The notes under the pieces were generated by a model. That model saw nothing but the letters and a program-made list of their open reading frames with translations, searched no databases and was not told the DNA's origin. Below are positions 1 to 12,699 of a DNA stretch of 64,000 bases, one piece after another. The stretch spans positions 37,634,001 through 37,698,000 of the forward strand of contig OZ024740.1 in assembly GCA_964016885.1 (NCBI GenBank), written 5' to 3'. This DNA comes from Eledone cirrhosa. Its lineage: Eukaryota. Position numbers and translations under genes: made by a program. Numbering within the stretch: position 1 is the stretch's first letter; the number at the start of each line of letters is the position of its first letter.

Positions 1-499
1 GTGACAGAATATATAGAACACAGAGACCCCTGTTAGAGGTAGACATGTTACAGAATATATAGAACACAGTGACCCCTGTTAAAGGTAGACATGTGACAGA
101 ATATATAGAACACAGTGACCCCTGTTTAAGGTAGACATGTGACAGAATATATAGAACACAGTGACCCCTGTTAAAGGTAGACATGTGACAGAATATATAG
201 AACACAGAGTCCCCTGTTAAAGGTTGACACGTGACAGAATATATAGAACACAGTGACCCCTTTTAAAGATAGACATGTGACAGAAAATATAGAACACAGT
301 GACCCCTGTTTAAGGTAGACATGTGACAGAATATATAGAACACAGTGACCCCTGTTAAAGGTAGACATGAGACAGAATATATAGAACACAGTGACCCCTG
401 TTTAAGGTAGACATGTGACAGAATATATAGAACACAGTGATCCCTGTTTAAGGTAGACATGTGACAGAATATATAGAACACTGTGAACCCTGTTTAAGG

Positions 500-3400
500 T
501 AGCCATGTGACAGAATATATAGAACACAGTGACCCCTGTTTAAGCTAGACATGTGACAGAATATATAGAACACAGTGAAGCCTGTTTAAGGTAGACATGT
601 GACAGAATATATAGAATACAGTGACCCCTGTTAAAGGTAGACATGTGACAGAATATATAGTACAGAGTGACCCCTGTTAAAGGTAGACATGTGACAGAAT
701 ATATAGAACGCAGTGACCCCTGTTAAAGGTAGACATAGGACAGAATATATAGAACACAGTGACCCCTGTTTAAGTTAGAGATAGGACAGAATATATAGAA
801 CACAGTGACCCCTGTTAAAGGTAGACATGTGAAAGAATATATAGAACACAGTGACCCCTGTTAAAGGTAGACATAGGACAGAATACATAGAACACAGTGA
901 CCCCTGCTAAATGTAAACATGTGACAGAATATATAGAACATAATGACCCCTGTTAAAGGTAGACATGTGACAGAATATATAGAATACAGTGACCCCTGTT
1001 AAAGGTAGACATGTGACAGAATATATAGAACACAGTGACTCCTGTTAAAGGTAGACATGTGACAGAATATATAGAACACAGTGACCCCTGTTAAAGGTAG
1101 ACATGTGACAGAATATATAGAACACAGTGACCCCTGTTAAAGGTAGACATGTGACAGAATATATAGAACACAGTGACCCCTGTTAAAGGTAGACATGTGA
1201 CAGAATATATAGAACACAGAGACCACTTTTAAAGATAGACATGTGACAGAAAATATAGAACACAGTGACCCCTGTTTAAGGTAGACATGTGACAGAATAT
1301 ATAGAACACAGTGACCCCTGTTAAAGGTAGACATGAGACAGAATATATAGAACACAGTGACCCCTGTTTAAGGTAGACAGGTGACAGAATATATAGAACA
1401 CAGTGATCCCTGTTTAAGGTAGACATCGGACAGAATATATAGAACACAGTGACCCCTGTTAAAGGTAGACATAGGACAGATTATATAGAACACAGTGACC
1501 CCTGTTTAAGGTAGACATGTGACAGAATATATAGAATACAGTGACCCCTATTAAAGGTAGACATGTGACAGAATATATGGTACAGAGTGACCCCTGTTAA
1601 AGGTAGACATGTGACAGAATATATAGAACACAGTGACCCCTTTTTAAGGTAGACATAGGACAGAATATATAGAACACAGTGACCCCTGTTTAAGGTAGAC
1701 ATAGGACAGAATATATAGAACACAGTGACTCCTGTTAAAGGTAGACATAGGACAGATTATATAGAACACAGTGACCCCTGTTTAAGGTAGACATGTGACA
1801 GAATATATAGAACACAGTGACCCTTGTTTAAGGTAGACATATGACAGAATATATAGAACACAGTGACCCCTGTTTAAGGTAGACATAGGACAGAATATAT
1901 AGAACACAGTGACTCCTGTTAAAGGTAGACATAGGACAGATTATATAGAACACAGTGACCCCTGTTTAAGGTAGACATGTGACAGAATATATAGAACACA
2001 GTGACCCCTGTTTAAGGTAGACATGTGACAGAATATATAGAACTCAGAGACCCCTGTTAAAGGAAGACATGTGACAGAATATATAGAACACAGTGACCCC
2101 TGTTAAAGGTCGACATGTGACAGAATATATAGAACACAGTGACCCCTGTTAAAGGTAGACATGTGACAGAATATATAGAACACAGTGACCCCTGTTAAAG
2201 GTAGACATGTGACAGAATATATAGAACACAGTGACCCCTGTTTAAGGTAGACATGTGACAGAATATATAGAACACAGAGACCCCTGTTAGAGGTAGACAT
2301 GTTACAGAATATATAGAACACAGTGACCCCTGTTAAAGGTAGACATGTGACAGAATATATAGAACACAGTGACCCCTGTTTAAGGTAGACATGTGACAGA
2401 ATATATAGAACACAGAGACCCCTGTTAGAGGTAGACATGTTACAGAATATATAGAACACAGTGACCCCTGTTTAAGTTATAGATAGGACAGAATATAGAG
2501 AACACAGTGACCCCTGTTAAAGGTCGACATAGGACAGATTATATAGAACACAGTGACCGCTGTTTAAGGTAGACATGTGACAGAATATATAGAACACAGT
2601 GACCCCTGTTAAAGGTAGACATGTGACAGAATATATAGAACACAGTGACCCCTGTTTAAGGTAGATATGTGACAGAATATATAGAACACAGTGACCCCTG
2701 TTAAATGTAGACATAGGACAGAATATATAGAACACAGTGACCCCTGTTTAAGGTAGACATAGGACAGAATATATAGAACACAGTGACCCCTGTTAAAGGT
2801 AGACATGAGACAGAATATATAGAACACAGTGACCCCTGTTTAAGGTAGACATAGGACAGAATATATAGAACACAGTGACCCCTGTGAAAGGTAGACATGT
2901 GACAGATTATATAGAACACAGTGAAGCCTGTTTAAGGTAGACATGTGACAGAATATATAGAATACAGTGACCCCTGTTAAAGGTAGACATGTGACAGAAT
3001 ATATAGTACAGAGTGACCCCTGTTAAAGGTAGACATGTGACAGAATATATAGAACGCAGTGACCCCTGTTAAAGGTAGACATAGGACAGAATATATAGAA
3101 CACAGTGACCCCTGTTTAAGTTAGAGATAGGACAGAATATATAGAACACAGTGACCCCTGTTAAAGGTAGACATGTGAAAGAATATATAGAACACAGTGA
3201 CCCCTGTTAGAGGTAGACATGTTACAGAATATATAGAACACAGTGACCCCTGTTTAAGGTAGACATGTGACAGAATATATAGAACACAGTGACCCCTGTT
3301 AAATGTAGACATAGGACAGAATATATAGAACACAGTGACCCCTGTTTAAGTTAGAGATAGGACAGAATATATAGAACACAGTGACCCCTGTTAGAGGTAG

Positions 3401-6400
3401 ACATGTGACAGAATATATAGAACACAGTGACCCCTGTTTAAGGTAGACATGTGACAGAATATATAGAACACAGTGACCGCTGTTAAAGGTAGACATGTGA
3501 CAGAATATATAGAACACAGTGACCCCTGTTTAAGGTAGACATGAGACAGAATATATAGAACACAGTGACCCCTGTTTAAGGTAGACATGTGACAGAATAT
3601 ATAGAACACAGTGACCGCTGTTAAAGGTAGACATGTGACAGAATATATAGAACACAGTGACCCCTGTTAAAGGTAGACATGTGACAGAATATATAGAACA
3701 CAGTGACCCCTGTTAAAGGTAGACATAGGACAGAATATATAGAACACAGTGACCCCTGTTAAAGGTAGACATGTGACAGAATATATAGAACACAGTGACC
3801 CCTGTTAAAGGTAGACATGTGACAGAATATATAGAACACAGTGACCCCTGTTTAAGGTAGACATAGGACAGAATATATAGAACACAGTGACCCCTGTTAA
3901 AGGTCGTCATAGGACAGATTATATAGAACACAGTGACCCCTGTTTAAGGTAGACATGTGACAGAATATATAGAACACAGTGACCCCTGTTAAAGGTAGAC
4001 ATGAGACAGAATATATAGAACACAGTGACCCCTGTTTAAGGTAGACATAGGACAGAATATATAGAACACAGTGACCCCTGTTAAAGGTCGTCATAGGACA
4101 GATTATATAGAACACAGTGACCCCTGTTTAAGGTAGACATGTGACAGAATATATAGAACACAGTGACCCCTGTTAAAGGTAGACATGTGACAGAATATAT
4201 AGAACACAGTGACCCCTGTTAAAGGTAGACATAGGACAGAATATATAGAACACAGTGACCCCTGTTTAAGGTAGACATAAGACAGAATATATAGAACACA
4301 GTGACCCCTGTTTAAGGTAGACATCGGACAGAATATATAGAACACTGTGAACCCTGTTTCAGGTAGACATGTGACAGAATATATAGAACACAGTGACCCC
4401 TGTTAAAGGTAGACATGTGACAGAATATATAGAACACAGTGACCCCTGTTAAAGGTATACATGTGACAGAATATATAGAACACAGTGACCCCTGTTAAAG
4501 GTAGACATGTGACAGAATATATAGAACTCAGAGACCCCTGTTAAATGTAGACATGTGACAGAATATATAGAACACAGTGACCCCTGTTAAAGGTAGACAT
4601 GTGACAGAAAATATAGAACACAGTGACCCCTGTTTAAGGTAGACATGTGACAGAATATATAGAACACAGTGATCCCTGTTTAAGGTAGACATAGGACAGA
4701 ATATATAGAACAGATTGATCACTGTTAAAGGTAGACATGTGACAGAAGATATAGAACACAGTGACCCCTGTTAAAGGTAGACATGTGACAGAATATATAG
4801 AACTCAGAGACCCCTGTTAAATGTAGACATGTGACAGAATATATAGAACACAGTGACCCCTGTTAAAGGTAGACATAGGACAGAATATATAGAACACATT
4901 GACCCCTGTTAAAGGAAGACATGTGACAGAATATATAGAATTCAGAGACCCTTGTTAAAGGTAGACATGTGACAGAACATATAGAACACAGTGACCCCTG
5001 TTTAAGGTAGACATAAGACAGAATATATAGAACACACTGACCCCTGTTAAAGGTAGACATGTGACAGAATATATAGAACACAGTGACCCCTGTTAAAGGT
5101 AGACATGTGACAGAATATATAGAACACAGTGACCCCTGTTTAAGGTAGACATGAGACAGAATATATAGAACACAGAGACCCCTGTTAAAGGTAGACATGT
5201 GACAGAATATATAGAACACAGTGACCCCTGTTAAAGGTAGACATGAGACAGAATATATAGAACACAGTGACCCCTGTTTAAGGTAGACATGTGACAGAAT
5301 ATATAGAACACAGTGACCCCTGTTAAAGGTAGACATGTGACAGAATATATAGAACACAGTGACCCCTGTTTAAGGTAGACATGAGACAGAATATATAGAA
5401 CACAGAGACCCCTGTTAAAGGTAGACATGTGACAGAATATATAGAACACAGTGACCCCTGTTTAAGGTAGACATAGGACAGAATATATAGAACACAGTGA
5501 CCCCTGTTTAAGTTAGAGATAGGACAGAATATATAGAACACAGTGACCCCTGTTAAAGGTAGACATGTGAAAGAATATGTAGAACACAGTGACCCCTGTT
5601 AAAGGTAGACATGTGACAGAATATATAGAACACAGTGACCCCTGTTAAAGGTAGACATGTGACAGAATATATAGAACACAGTGACCCCTGTTAAAGGTAG
5701 ACATGTGACAGAATATATAGAACACAGTGACCCCTGTTAAAGGTAGACATGTGACAGAATATATAGAACACAGAGACCCCTGTTAAAGGTAGACATGTGA
5801 CAGAATATATAGAACACAGTGACCCCTGTTAAAGGTAGACATGTGACAGAATATATAGAACACAGTGACCCCTTTTAAAGATAGACATGTGACAGAATAT
5901 ATAGAACACAGTGACCCCTGTTAAAGGTAGACATGTGACAGAATATATAGAACACAGAGACCCCTGTTAAAGGTAGACATGTGACAGAATATATAGAACA
6001 CAGAGACCCCTGTTAAAGGTAGACATAGGACAGAATATATAGAACACAGTGACCCCTGTTAAAGGTAGACATGAGACAGAATATATAGAACACAGTGACC
6101 CCTGTTTAAGGTAGACAGGTGACAGAATATATAGAACACAGTGATCCCTGTTTAAGGTAGACATCGGACAGAATATATAGAACACTGTGAACCCTGTTTA
6201 AGGTAGACATGTGACAGAATATATAGAATACAGTGACCCCTGTTAAAGGTAGACATGTGACAGAATATATGGTACAGAGTGACCCCTGTTAAAGGTAGAC
6301 ATGTGACAGAATATATAGAACACAGTGACCCCTGTTTAAGGTAGACATAGGACAGAATATATAGAACACAGTGACTCCTGTTAAAGGTAGACATAGGACA

Positions 6401-9400
6401 GATTATATAGAACACAGTGACCCCTGTTTAAGGTAGTCATATGACAGAATATATAGAACACAGTGACCCCTGTTTAAGGTAGACATATGACAGAATATAT
6501 AGAACACAGTGACCCCTGTTTAAGGTAGACATAGGACAGAATATATAGAACACAGTGACTCCTGTTAAAGGTAGACATAGGACAGATTATATAGAACACA
6601 GTGACCCCTGTTTAAGGTAGACATGTGACAGAATATATAGAACACAGTGACCCCTGTTAAAGGTAGACATAGGACAGAATACATAGAACACAGTTAACCC
6701 TGCTAAATGTAAACATGTGACAGAATATATAGAACACAGTGACCCCTGTTAAAGGTAGACATGTGACAGAATATATAGAACACAGTGACCCCTGTTAAAG
6801 GTAGACATGTGACAGAATATATAGAACACAGAGACCCCTGTTAGAGGTAGACATGTTACAGAATATATAGAACACAGTGACCCCTGTTAAAGGTAGACAT
6901 GTGACAGAATATATAGAACACAGTGACCCCTGTTTAAGGTAGACATGTGACAGAATATATAGAACACAGTGACCCCTGTTAAAGGTAGACATGTGACAGA
7001 ATATATAGAACACAGAGTCCCCTGTTAAAGGTTGACATGTGACAGAATATATAGAACACAGTGACCCCTTTTAAAGATAGACATGTGACAGAAAATATAG
7101 AACACAGTGACCCCTGTTTAAGGTAGACATGTGACAGAATATATAGAACACAGTGACCCCTGTTAAAGGTAGACATGAGACAGAATATATAGAACACAGT
7201 GACCCCTGTTTAAGGTAGACATGTGACAGAATATATAGAACACAGTGATCCCTGTTTAAGGTAGACATCGGACAGAATATATAGAACACTGTGAACCCTG
7301 TTTAAGGTAGACATGTGACAGAATATATAGAATACAGTGACCCCTGTTAAAGCTAGACATGTGACAGAATATATAGAACACAGTGACCCCTGTTAAAGGT
7401 AGACATGTGACAGAAAATATAGAACACAGTGACCCCTGTTTAAGGTAGCCATGTGACAGAATATATAGAACACAGTGACCCCTGTTTAAGCTAGACATGT
7501 GACAGAATATATAGAACACAGTGAAGCCTGTTTAAGGTAGACATGTGACAGAATATATAGAATACAGTGACCCCTGTTAAAGGTAGACATGTGACAGAAT
7601 ATATAGTACAGAGTGACCCCTGTTAAAGGTAGACATGTGACAGAATATATAGAACGCAGTGACCCCTGTTAAAGGTAGACATAGGACAGAATATATAGAA
7701 CACAGTGACCCCTGTTTAAGTTAGAGATAGGACAGAATATATAGAACACAGTGACCCCTGTTAAAGGTAGACATGTGAAAGAATATATAGAACACAGTGA
7801 CCCCTGTTAAAGGTAGACATAGGACAGAATACATAGAACACAGTGACCCCTGCTAAATGTAAACATGTGACAGAATATATAGAACATAATGACCCCTGTT
7901 AAAGGTAGACATGTGACAGAATATATAGAACACAGTGACCCCTGTTAAAGGTAGACATGTGACAGAATATATAGAACACAGTGACCCCTGTTAAAGGTAG
8001 ACATGTGACAGAATATATAGAACACAGTGACCCCTGTTAAAGGTAGACATGTGACAGAATATATAGAACACAGAGACCACTTTTAAAGATAGACATGTGA
8101 CAGAAAATATAGAACACAGTGACCCCTGTTTAAGGTAGACATGTGACAGAATATATAGAACACAGTGACCCCTGTTAAAGGTAGACATGAGACAGAATAT
8201 ATAGAACACAGTGACCCCTGTTTAAGGTAGACAGGTGACAGAATATATAGAACACAGTGATCCCTGTTTAAGGTAGACATCGGACAGAATATATAGAACA
8301 CAGTGACCCCTGTTAAAGGTAGACATAGGACAGATTATATAAAACACAGTGACCCCTGTTTAAGGTAGACATGTGACAGAATATATAGAATACAGTGACC
8401 CCTGTTAAAGGTAGACATGTGACAGAATATATGGTACAGAGTGACCCCTGTTAAAGGTAGACATGTGACAGAATATATAGAACACAGTGACCCCTTTTTA
8501 AGGTAGACATAGGACAGAATATATAGAACACAGTGACCCCTGTTTAAGGTAGACATAGGACAGAATATATAGAACACAGTGACTCCTGTTAAAGGTAGAC
8601 ATAGGACAGATTATATAGAACACAGTGACCCCTGTTTAAGGTAGACATGTGACAGAATATATAGAACACAGTGACCCCTGTTTAAGGTAGACATATGACA
8701 GAATATATAGAACACAGTGACCCCTGTTTAAGGTAGACATAGGACAGAATATATAGAACACAGTGACTCCTGTTAAAGGTAGACATAGGACAGATTATAT
8801 AGAACACAGTGACCCCTGTTTAAGGTAGACATGTGACAGAATATATAGAACACAGTGACCCCTGTTTAAGGTAGACATGTGACAGAATATATAGAACTCA
8901 GAGACCCCTGTTAAAGGAAGACATGTGACAGAATATATAGAACACAGTGACCCCTGTTAAAGGTCGACATGTGACAGAATATATAGAACACAGTGACCCC
9001 TGTTAAAGGTAGACATGTGACAGAACATATAGAACACAGTGACCCCTGTTAAAGGTAGACATGTGACAGAATATATAGAACACAGTGACCCCTGTTTAAG
9101 GTAGACATGTGACAGAATATATAGAACACAGAGACCCCTGTTAGAGGTAGACATGTTACAGAATATATAGAACACAGTGACCCCTGTTAAAGGTAGACAT
9201 GTGACAGAATATATAGAACACAGTGACCCCTGTTTAAGGTAGACATGTGACAGAATATATAGAACACAGAGACCCCTGTTAGAGGTAGACATGTTACAGA
9301 ATATATAGAACACAGTGACCCCTGTTTAAGTTATAGATAGGACAGAATATAGAGAACACAGTGACCCCTGTTAAAGGTCGACATAGGACAGATTATATAG

Positions 9401-12300
9401 AACACAGTGACCGCTGTTTAAGGTAGACATGTGACAGAATATATAGAACACAGTGACCCCTGTTAAAGGTAGACATGTGACAGAATATATAGAACACAGT
9501 GACCCCTGTTTAAGGTAGATATGTGACAGAATATATAGAACACAGTGACCCCTGTTAAATGTAGACATAGGACAGAATATATAGAACACAGTGACCCCTG
9601 TTTAAGGTAGACATAGGACAGAATATATAGAACACAGTGACCCCTGTTAAAGGTAGACATGAGACAGAATATATAGAACACAGTGACCCCTGTTTAAGGT
9701 AGACATAGGACAGAATATATAGAACACAGTGACCCCTGTGAAAGGTAGACATGTGACAGATTATATAGAACACAGTGAAGCCTGTTTAAGGTAGACATGT
9801 GACAGAATATATAGAATACAGTGACCCCTGTTAAAGGTAGACATGTGACAAAATATATAGTACAGAGTGACCCCTGTTAAAGGTAGACATGTGACAGAAT
9901 ATATAGAACGCAGTGACCCCTGTTAAAGGTAGACATAGGACAGAATATATAGAACACAGTGACCCCTGTTTAAGTTAGAGATAGGACAGAATATATAGAA
10001 CACAGTGACCCCTGTTAAAGGTAGACATGTGAAAGAATATATAGAACACAGTGACCCCTGTTAGAGGTAGACATGTTACAGAATATATAGAACACAGTGA
10101 CCCCTGTTTAAGGTAGACATGTGACAGAATATATAGAACACAGTGACCCCTGTTAAATGTAGACATAGGACAGAATATATAGAACACAGTGACCCCTGTT
10201 TAAGTTAGAGATAGGACAGAATATATAGAACACAGTGACCCCTGTTAGAGGTAGACATGTGACAGAATATATAGAACACAGTGACCCCTGTTTAAGGTAG
10301 ACATGTGACAGAATATATAGAACACAGTGACCGCTGTTAAAGGTAGACATGTGACAGAATATATAGAACACAGTGACCCCTGTTTAAGGTAGACATGAGA
10401 CAGAATATATAGAACACAGTGACCCCTGTTTAAGGTAGACATGTGACAGAATATATAGAACACAGTGACCGCTGTTAAAGGTAGACATGTGACAGAATAT
10501 ATAGAACACAGTGACCCCTGTTAAAGGTAGACATGTGACAGAATATATAGAACACAGTGACCCCTGTTAAAGGTAGACATAGGACAGAATATATAGAACA
10601 CAGTGACCCCTGTTAAAGGTAGACATGTGACAGAATATATAGAACACAGTGACCCCTGTTAAAGGTAGACATGTGACAGAATATATAGAACACAGTGACC
10701 CCTGTTTAAGGTAGACATAGGACAGAATATATAGAACACAGTGACCCCTGTTAAAGGTCGTCATAGGACAGATTATATAGAACACAGTGACCCCTGTTTA
10801 AGGTAGACATGTGACAGAATATATAGAACACAGTGACCCCTGTTAAAGGTAGACATGAGACAGAATATATAGAACACAGTGACCCCTGTTTAAGGTAGAC
10901 ATAGGACAGAATATATAGAACACAGTGACCCCTGTTAAAGGTCGTCATAGGACAGATTATATAGAACACAGTGACCCCTGTTTAAGGTAGACATGTGACA
11001 GAATATATAGAACACAGTGACCCCTGTTAAAGGTAGACATGTGACAGAATATATAGAACACAGTGACCCCTGTTAAAGGTAGACATAGGACAGAATATAT
11101 AGAACACAGTGACCCCTGTTTAAGGTAGACATAAGACAGAATATATAGAACACAGTGACCCCTGTTTAAGGTAGACATCGGACAGAATATATAGAACACT
11201 GTGAACCCTGTTTCAGGTAGACATGTGACAGAATATATAGAACACAGTGACCCCTGTTAAAGGTAGACATGTGACAGAATATATAGAACACAGTGACCCC
11301 TGTTAAAGGTATACATGTGACAGAATATATAGAACACAGTGACCCCTGTTAAAGGTAGACATGTGACAGAATATATAGAACTCAGAGACCCCTGTTAAAT
11401 GTAGACATGTGACAGAATATATAGAACACAGTGACCCCTGTTAAAGGTAGACATGTGACAGAAAATATAGAACACAGTGACCCCTGTTTAAGGTAGACAT
11501 GTGACAGAATATATAGAACACAGTGATCCCTGTTTAAGGTAGACATAGGACAGAATATATAGAACAGATTGATCACTGTTAAAGGTAGACATGTGACAGA
11601 AGATATAGAACACAGTGACCCCTGTTAAAGGTAGACATGTGACAGAATATATAGAACTCAGAGACCCCTGTTAAATGTAGACATGTGACAGAATATATAG
11701 AACACAGTGACCCCTGTTAAAGGTAGACATGTGACAGAATATATAGAACACAGTGACCCCTGTTAAAGGTAGACATAGGACAGAATATATAGAACACATT
11801 GACCCCTGTTAAAGGAAGACATGTGACAGAATATATAGAACTCAGAGACCCTTGTTAAAGGTAGACATGTGACAGAACATATAGAACACAGTGACCCCTG
11901 TTTAAGGTAGACATAAGACGGAATATATAGAACACAGTGACCCCTGTTAAAGGTAGACATGTGACAGAATATATAGAACACAGTGACCCCTGTTAAAGGT
12001 AGACATGTGACAGAATATATAGAACACAGTGACCCCTGTTTAAGGTAGACATGAGACAGAATATATAGAACACAGAGACCCCTGTTAAAGGTAGACATGT
12101 GACAGAATATATAGAACACAGTGACCCCTGTTTAAGGTAGACATAGGACAGAATATATAGAACACAGTGACCCCTGTTTAAGTTAGAGATAGGACAGAAT
12201 ATATAGAACACAGTGACCCCTGTTAAAGGTAGACATGTGAAAGAATATATAGAACACAGTGACCCCTGTTAAAGGTAGACATAGGACAGAATACATAGAA
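500..12300. repeat. Nested ~6.85-kb duplication (core offset 149 monomers = 6,854 bp): ~500-5570 vs ~7430-12240; repeated at +41,348
   Basis: ORF offsets 1137->7991 and 4528->11382 are 6,854. Shared rare markers include TGATCA at 4716/11570, TTATAGATAGG, GGTCGTCAT and CTGTGAAAGG. Offsets shift to 6,946, 6,900 and 6,670 at the flanks through whole-monomer gain or loss. Confidence 0.9.
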
Positions 12301-12699
12301 CACAGTGACCCCTGCTAAATGTAAACATGTGACAGAATATATAGAACACAATGACCCCTGTTAAAGGTAGACATGTGACAGAATATATAGAACACAGTGA
12401 CCCCTGTTAAAGGTAGACATGTGACAGAATATATAGAACACAGAGACCCCTGTTAAAGGTAGACATGTGACAGAATATATAGAACACAGTGACCCCTTTT
12501 AAAGATAGACATGTGACAGAATATATAGAACACAGTGACCCCTGTTAAAGGTAGACATGTGACAGAATATATAGAACACAGAGACCCCTGTTAAAGGTAG
12601 ACATAGGACAGAATACATAGAACACAGTGACCCCTGCTAAATGTAAACATGTGACAGAATATATAGAACACAGTGACCCCTGATAAACGTAGACATGTG

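Noticed and set aside
56-62. TATATAG as a TATA box, and AGACATGTGA as a p53-like half-site, in each monomer
   Set aside because: These are short, imperfect matches with no downstream gene or paired half-site, so they cannot be supported as regulatory elements.
481-500. CACTGTG variant as evidence of an inverted monomer
   Set aside because: It is a single A>T substitution in the quasi-palindromic CACWGTG, and the flanks remain in forward orientation.
616-645. TACAGTGACCCCTG resembling a Tc1/pogo-like terminal inverted repeat start
   Set aside because: Only a minority variant has the TA, and there is no inverted partner or transposase. It would need a Dfam/Repbase search to support.
4863-5357. 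Longest ORF (164 aa; copy at 46211-46705) as a possible repeat-encoded or 'endless ORF' protein
   Set aside because: It results from a chance run of T alleles at every third monomer. The paralogue at 11763-12119 is shorter, and the required 3-periodic pattern is not maintained across the array.
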